Below, in pieces: positions 55,001 to 64,000 of a stretch of 64,000 nucleotides of DNA. The DNA lies in contig JAAOMT010000009.1 of the NCBI GenBank assembly GCA_016748015.1, positions 824,459 through 888,458 of the forward strand, in the 5' to 3' direction. The stretch is from Geosiphon pyriformis uo1 (taxonomy: Eukaryota; Fungi; Glomeromycota). Every line of letters starts with the position of its first letter. Positions within the stretch are counted from its first letter, which is position 1. A program made the position numbers and the translations under genes. The notes below the pieces were generated by a model, which saw nothing but the letters and a program-made list of their open reading frames with translations, was not told the origin of the DNA and ran no database searches.

Positions 55001-56587
55001 AGAAAGAAAGTCAGAAGAAATAATTAGAAAAAAAACAAAGGAAAGAAAAAAAGATTAATTAAAACTTCAATAAAATTTTGCTCTTGTCATGGTCAGAGGA
55101 TTAACAAGAGAAAAGTTTTTAACTGTTAATATTAATCTTTATTAAAAAAAATTTAAACTTAAAATAATAATAAAAAATTGTTAATTATAATATATTATTA
55201 TGAAGTAATAAATTTTAGTTTAATATTTATAATTTTTTTAAAACTATTTAAACTATTTTTGATTTTATTAAAAAAATATTTAAGAAAACATTATATAAAA
55301 TTATAATAAAAACAAAAAAAGAAATAAATAATATAAAAAAAAATAACAAATTTAATTTAATATTTAAAATTAAATAAATTAATTAGTCAGAATTATATAT
55401 AAAAATATTACTTATTTTGTTTTTAAAATTGGTAATAATTAATAAAAATTTAATATATTATATAATTTAATTATATATTAATTAAAATCAGTTTTAACAG
55501 ACATATTATTATTACTATTATTTAAATTAAAAAAAAATTATTGTTTATAATTAAATTTAAATAATTATTATAATTATTATAAAACTGGTATAATATCAAA
55601 AAAATCAAATAAAGCTAATATTTTATTTTTTACAAAAAAAAACAGATTTTAAAGAAAAACAATATTTTAAAAAATATTTCAAAAAAATTAATATTTTGGC
55701 TTTTTGACTATTTAAACAAATGTAAAAAAATTATAAAAAAAAAATAACTTGGTTATTAATTTGCTATTAAAAATTTTTAAAATTAGATAATTCAATAATT
55801 TAATTAATTAAAAACATAATTTGTTTTATTTTTAAAACTAATATATTAAGTAATATAATTAAAAATTAATCTAAACAAAAATTAACCAATATTTTTTTAT
55901 TGTTATTTTTTAAAATAAATTATTTTTTTCTATTTACAAATAATACAAAATTGGAAATATTATTAAAAATATCAAAAAAAATAAAAATCTTAAATATTAC
56001 AATAACTGACTTAAAAAAATTGTTTTGGCTTTTTTAATTATTAAAATAATAAAAATATCAAAAAAAATAACAGCTTGATTACTAGTTTATAATTTAAAAT
56101 TTCAAAGTTTTTTGATATAATGATAATTATATTAAAACTATTTTTAATGTATTACTTTGATAAAACTTAAAAAAAAAACTTTTATTTAAAACTAAAAAAT
56201 TAATTTAATATTATTTTATTTAAGAAAAGTATTTTTATAAAATATTGTTAAATATTTTGTTAATAAAAATATTATTAAATATCTTAAAAAATAAAATAAT
56301 TTTTTATTTTTTATTTTAATTGTAATTATAAAAGTATAAAAAAAGTTTATAAATTAATAATTTTATGTTTTTTTTTAGTATTTTTGGTTTTTAATTAATT
56401 AAAAAAATTATAATAATTTTGAAATAAGTTTTTTTGATTGTTTTTTATTTTTAATAATTAATTTTATATTAATAAGACTACATAAAAATTAAAACATAAT
56501 CTTAAAATAAATTATTTTAATTTTAACAATAAAATTAAATATTAAAATAAAAACTATTTATTCAAAAATTTTTAATAATTAATAATT

Positions 56588-56588
<1 letters not shown>

Positions 56589-56623
<35 letters not shown>

Positions 56624-59600
56624 CTGCTTTTATTGAATAAAGCCCAACTGCTATCTAGTATATAGAGCCAAGCTAAATGACCCAAACTAAATGCAATTTA
56701 CACACTTACTACATATGACTAGCCACTCAGGCCAGTCAAAGCAATACTACACACCTATATTAACACTAACAACACTATCTAGACCAGAAAAAAAACAGCA
56801 TGGCAAACAATGACCAAAGCTAACAGCAAATGATTCAACCACACCAAGCATTCTAACCACTCTATCTAACAATATAGAAGAAATATCACGAGACAGATCA
56901 GAAACAACCCCACTATCAGCAACCAAACCAGTCTTCTCCATCCACACCCTGTGCTTTTAGATTTCACCAATCATGCCTTCACATGATGTAAATTAGCTAC
57001 AAACCTAACAAAACTGACAACTTTACCAATGGCCTGCTTCTTATTCTCAAATACACTCTAAGCTTCCTCACACCATTTATCCAGCACAAAACTTTTATAC
57101 ACAATAAAATACAAATCTACATCCAGAGAACAGACAGACAATGTCTGCAAAACAGCTGAAGACGACGAGTCACAAAAACCCGCCACCAAAACCCAATGAG
57201 CAGAAGCCTCAACCAGAACCTTATTATGAATAACAACATCTTGAGGGCATGTGAAGGCATGGTCAGAAAATTCCACTCCACCACACAGCAGGCACAATAT
57301 GCCAGGATAACCTCTATTATACAGTCTTTTCCGAACAGCTACCAGAAGGCACCTGTGCACAGCTTTTATCAAATATGAGTGCAAATTCGAAGTTTTCCAA
57401 CCAGTGAACTCAGCGAGCATATAAGAGTTTGGATGCCAAACCTTCACAGTAGAAATTCAGTCTACACACCCAACAAAGTCAACAGGTATCACATTCACAC
57501 CAGGCCCAGCTTCTCAGTGAGCATGATTAATAGATTAAAAAATGTCCCTTACAAAGTGGCAGGTATTACCAGAGATTGCCATGTTTTTAGCCACCAAATA
57601 ATGTTCATAAACCCCAGCCAACAAAAAGAAGGGAGATCGAGCAGCATCTCCAGCCACCAAATCAGCCTTAATATTACCCAAAATGCCAAAATGGCTCTTA
57701 ACCTTAACCCAGACCACCTTGAGATCTTTTTTTCTAACCAAATTGAAAATATGATGTCTCTTCAATTAGCACCGATTATGAAAATCAGGCATGGCACAAG
57801 ACAACTCCAACAAGCAGGCATCAATAGCAGCTTGGCTATCAGTATGTAAAATCACTCAACAAGAGGAAGATACATACTTAAGAGCCAATGCAACAGCCTG
57901 CAACTCAGCCAGAGTAGAGGACAGTAGACCACCAACCACAACACCAATACTTCTATCCAAAACCAGAAAAAATGTAGTAGCACCACAAGCAGCATTAACC
58001 AAGCCAGCATTTCTCAAAGATTCATCAGTATACATCTCAAAGCAACTAGACCAGATATCATGCAACCCATCTTTCACCAGAAAAAACACTTTAGAATCTA
58101 AAACGTTCATATCAACAGGCTGAGCAAAACCAGCAGAACTGGAAGCAGAAAAGCCCTGAACCAACATAAACTTGGACACAACTGAGAACCAGTAAGGCAT
58201 GGGGCCCCGTGGGTCCAATTTTTTCCAACAACAAAAGGTCTTCCAATCTAGCACACAGCCTCTCTTATTCAAAATCCAATCACTAAAAGCAACCCCAAAA
58301 TGCTTCAGAGAGCAAATAGAATTAAAATACTCAGAACTACCTAGAATTAATGAAAGTGGAAAATGACCTGGACTGCGAAAGGCATTGGGAAGGTTGTTAG
58401 CCAAGAAAAGCTCATTACTCAAAAAAATTTTCACAATCCCAGCCAAAAAGTTGTTGACTGGACTAACATGCAACTTGACAGGAAACTGCAAAAGATCCAG
58501 AGAAGCCCAGCCAAGAACCTGCAAGTCTAAAAACCTATGATTGAACAAATGCCCAAGGACCCCAGAGGCATTAGAAAAGGACACCAAAGCAGCAATTTTC
58601 CTTTCAGATTACACTTGTTTAAAAGTCTTCAAGCCATACAAAGAAGGGTGATGTAAGGCAGCATTTGGAAAATCATGAGGCAAACCAGCTTTGGACTTAA
58701 GACCCTTCTTAACCATAACATCCTATTTGTAACAAACACCAGATGAAACAAAACTAAACTGAGTCCGGTAACTAACAATAGGCTATAAGACAACCAAGAC
58801 CAAATACGAGAACTGCTTATCTGTGATAGTCTTCCTGAGCACAATGTTGACAAAAAACCAAACATTAGAATAAGCTTTGAACACACTAGGTTTAGACAAA
58901 CTCTCCATAGACAAAAAGATACCCAGATAATGATGAGTTTTACCCTTTTTAGCAATCGAGATTGGCTGACCACAAATACTCAGAAAGGCAATCTTAACAC
59001 CCTGATTAATGAGAATAGCCACTGTTTTATCATTATTAATAGAAATATTATTGATTTCGAAGAATTCACTGGCAATGTTCAGAGCATATTGAATGGAAGC
59101 CTGACAATTTTCAATCCAAATTATATTATCGATGAACACACCAGCTGCCAAGTAAGACATCATCCCACTCACACCCTCCACTCTGCCTGTTTTTGCAACA
59201 AACTTAGAATCAACACGGTATCCACACAAATGCTCATTTCATTTCACTTCACATAAGAGTAAATCATAGAAAATCCTTTATAAGAGAAGCAAAAAAACTT
59301 CACTCTGGTTCAATCCATCATGTACACTATAGCCATCTGACAAGCCAAAATCAGTCATCACCCTATTAACCCTATCCTTGTAAATGTTTCCAAAAAACCC
59401 AATAAACCTCTCACACATTTTGATGTGCCACAGATTAGCTTTCAAATGAGGCCAACCAACAGAATCATACACCTTCCACATATTCTGCAAAACCAACCAA
59501 ATTTCCCTATTCTTTTCAAAAGCATTCTCCACAACTGAATTAACCACAAACACTGGAAATAGCATAGAAGTACTATAAAGCACCGAAAAATTATCACCTC

Positions 59601-62156
59601 GGAGAACACCAAACTTACTACAAGCCAAAGAGATGCGATCAGACAAAATCTTAGACAAAATCTTTCTGGCAGTCTTAATCAAAGCAATAGGTCAAGTATT
59701 AATAAAAACTTCATCTCAATCATAAGGCTTAGAGATTATTGAGACCCATGCTCTCTTCTACAAAGCAGGCATCATGCCAACAGATAAGCACACATTCAGC
59801 AACACCAAAAGGCATTCCAACACCTCACCACAACCATGTTTTCAGAGTTCATTGGGAATGCCAGACAAGCCAGCAGCTTTGTCATCAGGCAGCCCATTAG
59901 TAACCAAAAGCAATTCACTTATGCTAATCACATTTATTACATTAGAAAAGGCATCATTTCTAACATAATTCTAAGATATATACTGACAAGTCCAGAGATC
60001 AGGCAGCACTATAGACATCACACGCTTTCATGTCCAACCCTCCATAATCTTGTCAATACTTGACCTGACCTCCTCCAGCTCCAATATCAACTCATCATTA
60101 ATTACCAAGTGATCCAACACCATCTTTCGAAATGGCCAATCCAGAACACTCTTAATCATACTCTCCTTGTCCAAGCAAAATTGTTCCATACACCTCTTAA
60201 TAGTCTTTCTGATAATAGTCTCTTGCAGCAACTTTGACTCAAACATTTTGAATTTTCTGTACCCCTTTCTGATGACTGACAAATAACTAAGAAGGTCCTC
60301 CACTTTTTGGCCACCACAAACCATGTTCTCCAGAACAAGAGCTTTACCAGCATCCAGAGCTAACCATTTTTTCACAAATTGATCGAAACCAGAAGTATTA
60401 GCAGAGATCAGGCATTTGACTATCTTGGCAACCAGCAACTCTAAACCCAGAAACCTAGAAAAATGTTTATTTTTTGAGCACTGAAAATCACAGAACCAAT
60501 GTCTGGAAAATATTTCATCTGCAAAATCCACCACCACCTTTTCTAGCAAAGACCACATAGCATCCAAATCAAGACCAGCAGCAGCGCCAAGAAACCTCCC
60601 CTTTACCTCCAACATTTTAGCAGAGGAACATTTCTTAAAATGGGACCACTCAGCATTATCAGCATCTTTGATCTTAAACTTCCAATGGTCCTTGTTGGCC
60701 TGCTTACACAAACCATTCAGCCGAACATCTAAGAGTCCACTCAGACCAACCAATATCATGACAGATTTGTGATCCATATTAAAGAAATCAGAAAGAGAAT
60801 TGACACAATGCTTTATAACAGCAAAAGATAGAGTCCCACTAACAAGAATAAAATCAATTGTTTTCTCCACCCCCCTAGAATTGCTCCATGTAGCCATTTT
60901 GACCAAAGAGTGTTTAGCAAAAGAATTGACTAAACCCAAACCCAAACAGAACTTAAAACTCGCACTCTTCCCAGAATTATTCTTGTTGAAATCACCACCC
61001 AGAATGACAAAAGTGCTGGAGTTAATAGCCTTAGCAATAAGAGAATTCACTGCAGAAGCCTAAGCAAACCTAGTCCCAGGAAAAGCATCAGCATACAAAC
61101 CCAGAATTGTAACCAAAAGCTTGCCATTAAACAAAAGCCAAATCGAAATCAAATGACCAGGAACCTCCTCAACTCTAGAAACATGGTGAGCCAAAGAGTT
61201 GTTCATGATCACAGCAACGCCAGCACTGAGATAACCAATATCCAATCCAGAAGTAAAAATCTGAACCCCATCAAATTTGTTTCTGATCCATAATTCAGAA
61301 GAGAACCTTAATTTTGTCTCAGCAACAAAAGAAACCATATTCCCAGAACTTATATGCCAATGGACTATATTTGCCTGTTTTGCAGAAATATTGATACCCC
61401 GAATATTACACGTAGCTAATTTTCAGACTAGATTACTCATTGGAATAAAGGGAGTAAGAATGAGCCCAAACCAGAACACAAGAGATCCAATCTCACCAGG
61501 ATCAAACTGAACAAAGCTTCTAGAACAGACAATTTGGATTCCAAACCACCTATTTTGGAGATAAAAACCTTAGAACTACTTGAACTAAGACCAGCAGCAG
61601 ACTCATCACTACCAGAAAGAGGAGGAACGGATGAAGCCAACATATCATCCAGAGCCATATCTAAATCCACAACCAGAACCAAAGACACTGAACCAGCCAT
61701 AGAAGGAGCATAAGAAGTAGATGCCAAAGGCACCAGATCAACAAAACTCAATTTCTTAAGAATACAGAAATCTGATCTGAAAAAATTTCCAAAGAACACT
61801 CTAAAACCACCAAACAATCATCCAAACTATCAACCTAAGGACCAAAAGAACCAAAAAAGAGAGGCATACCACCAGAGAGTGAACCAGAACCAGAAGGGAA
61901 GCCATCAGAAGGGGAGGCAAGAGACACCACTTGAGCCCACAATTTTCCACCAAAGGCAGCAAGGCAAGAGATAGGAACATTTTTTTTCGCATACAATCTG
62001 GCTAACTAAAGACAATTAAAACCAGAAGCAGACTTCTTAAATAAATTTGGGAGGCCAGAAGATGACTCAACCAATGCATCACACTTCAGAGTAGAATGGC
62101 CAAAATGCTCACACTTCTCACACCAAACCAAATCCAACCTAGTCCATAAGAGACGC
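56589..62156 (-). mobile_element. LINE copy 3 (least decayed), with a 35-nt poly(A) tail; ORF1 interrupted at 62157 by an LTR element
   Basis: T35 at 56589-56623; ORF2 APE (ILGGDFN, TIDFILVS, MDHKSV), RT, RNase H (MYTDESL, AELQAVAL, VKVKSHFGILGNIKAD), CCHC (CLLCGGVEFSDHAFTC); ATGA overlap at 61440-61437. Confidence 0.93.
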
Positions 62157-64000
62157 TGTTACAGGTAATTATTTCGGCTGCTGAATTAAATAACAAACCT
62201 GTAACTTGGTGCTCAAAGCTAGTTCTATTGATGATGTTCTGAAGGTATTGTTATCTGAAGGTTTTGGTTGAGTTCTTTGTATAATGGACAGAGATTCAAT
62301 AAGATTGATAGTGGTTGTATTCTTAAGTTGTTTTCCCAATTTCTTTCTCAGCGTGGTGGCTGGATTTAGTCTGGCAGTTGTGCTCTTCTGATAAGCTATC
62401 CGATAATATATAAAATCCTATCCTTATTTCTGGGTCTTTTATCAAGCTATCTTTGACGTCAATAACTCAGTGCTTAATCTTTTAACCAATTAGTATATAC
62501 AACAATTAAATCAAATAAAATAAAAAAAAGAAAATACAAGAAAATAAAGAAAGAAAAGAAATAAGTCCAGGCAGTTTGACAGATTAGTATTCCATCAATA
62601 GCCATGATCAAGAGCTATTGTTCCAGCGTGGTTAAGTATCAATTACTATCAACATGAAATGTTGATAGTGGAGAGTAAATTGAGATATGGAATAATTATT
62701 TATTTGATAATTTTGTTTCTTGGCTAAGGATTCTGTGGTATTGATTCTGTCTTTTCTGTTTCTAATACTACCGCTATATATACATAATTGGGATTTCTCA
62801 ATTCCCCGATTCTTTATAACAGAAATTCTGGAATTCTTGGAATCCTGCAATTCTTTTGAGAGGAATTCTGGAATTCTGGAATCTTGCAATTCCTTGTCGG
62901 GAATCCTGAAATTCCTGGAATCCTGCAATTCCTGAAAAGAATTCTGGAATTTCACATTTACTACACTTACTTCTGATTGGCTAATAATTATGCTAATATA
63001 TTTCCTATATTTTTATGAGTAACATTATTCCCTCCTTTTAATATTGAGCTCCATCAAAATCTAACTCATGTAATTCCCCCTCTTGAAGTATTTTCTGGAT
63101 TTCATTTTCAAAAATTACTTGTGTTATTTGGGTCTGTAATTCTTCAAATTGAGCATTGGTGATTTTTTTTCAATTGATTACTGGTAACCATATCCATTGC
63201 TCTGTTGAGCAATATTTCTGGTTTATCCTGAAATGCTGTGTGTATTTGGTATATGGCTCGGACTTGTGTGGATAAGTTGTTCTTTTCCAAAAAATGTTCT
63301 AATTGTTGTAGTATTCTTTTGTCGAATAATCACTTTGTTTTATCTATATATAGATTCTGGATATTTATGTGTTGTCCCAAGTAAAAATAACAATAGTTTC
63401 GTGAAAATTGTTGTTTCCACCAATTCCAAGTTTCTTTAGTCAATTCTTGATATAGTGACTTTTTTGTCGATTCTTTTATTGTTAATTTTACTTTCACCAT
63501 AATTTTGTCCACCATATTTTCAGTTTTTTTTGGTGTTCTGAGTTGCAATGTCTTTCTAATATCTTAATATCGAATGGTTTGTTGATTGATTGTAATCTCC
63601 ATTTCCTGGTGTTGGATTAATTGAAAGAGTTGTTGTGCTAGTGTGTGAATGTTGTCTGTAATTTCCATTTTTCTGATATTTCCTGTCGCATCTACCATGT
63701 CTTTATATATTCTTTTGATTGATCAATTTAATGTGTTGTTGTTGATAATAACGATTGGTTTCAGATCTTGTGGAATCTCATCTGGTTGGACTAGTATTCT
63801 CTGTACTCCTAATTGTAGAATATTACTGGTAGATGGTAGTGTGATGTCATGATATGGCTTCAGTCAATCTCCATGTGCTGCTTTGGTTAAAATTTTGTTA
63901 TTTAATCTTAATTTGTAAGCTCCATTTTCTAAAATTTCTTCTATGTGAAATGGTCCGTCCCATTTGGGGTCAAATTTTCCACTCCATTGTTTTTCAGCTT
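62157..64000 (-). mobile_element. Gypsy family-1 element, 3' end (3' LTR 62157-63024, PPT, ORF3, integrase C-terminus), continuing beyond the window
   Basis: 868-bp reverse complement of the family-1 LTR with TG..CA ends; PPT at 63025-63038; KAEKQWSGKFDPKWDGPF integrase tail. Confidence 0.92.
63038..63668 (-). pseudogene. Accessory ORF3, second family-1 copy
   Basis: MEITDNIHTLAQQLFQLIQHQEMEITINQQTIRY*..NYCYFYLGQHINIQNL..TQVRAIYQIHTAFQD; two internal stops and a +1 slip in an A-run; 631 nt vs 630 nt in the other copy. Confidence 0.78.

Larger units (their letters stand above)
32555..55115 (-). mobile_element. LINE copy 2, apparently full length (5' part 49018-55115; 3' part 32555-33288), split by the Gypsy insertion
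   Basis: ORF1 ATG at 54991 (IVKEIPIDF RRM-like, CxxCxxxxHxxxxC knuckle); ORF2 from ATGA 53052-53049 with APE, RT (TQPIALIETARKI; FVDDTI), RNase H (VYTDNSL, ELQAVAL, DSQAAID, KVKDHS..ADV) and CCHC; A-rich tail at 32555-32571. The reading resumes across the CCAT TSD. Confidence 0.92.

Noticed and set aside
62632-62955. 107-aa ORF with KELQDSR repeats
   Set aside because: Translation of the LTR U3 tandem repeats; interrupted in the other LTR copies.

Overview
AT-rich eukaryotic (fungal) genomic DNA. Intron style and transposon families point to Glomeromycotina/Mucoromycota, possibly Geosiphon-like (inference, not checked). There are two gene islands. The first (9.8-18.9 kb) holds SCP2-like, a GNAT acetyltransferase, APN1, ARG5,6, VMA7 and DIM1. 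The second (28.2-31.0 kb) holds a stand-alone LisH/LUFS protein, a small orphan ORF and an Ady2/Gpr1 transporter. The rest is repeats: three decayed copies of one RNase H-bearing LINE family, two Ty3/Gypsy LTR families (a full element nested in a LINE, a gag-deleted element nested in that, a truncated copy and two solo LTRs, with 4-bp TSDs wherever both ends are visible), and ultra-AT-rich deserts. Main findings: (1) repeats carry a near transition-only C->T/G->A hypermutation (about 108 transitions vs 1 transversion between one LTR pair, by hand count), biased to TpC/CpC, i.e. RIP-like but not CpA-type; (2) a CpG-retaining island at 24.55-24.97 kb holds a tRNA-like minihelix with a B-box followed by 12 covarying small hairpin units, a candidate undescribed structured RNA; (3) a conserved accessory ORF3 of unknown function lies between integrase and the 3' LTR in both Gypsy families; (4) the family-1 pol also carries a Cys-rich insert and a dUTPase; (5) all three LINEs keep an AUGA stop-start overlap between ORF1 and ORF2. 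All counts and alignments were done by eye.
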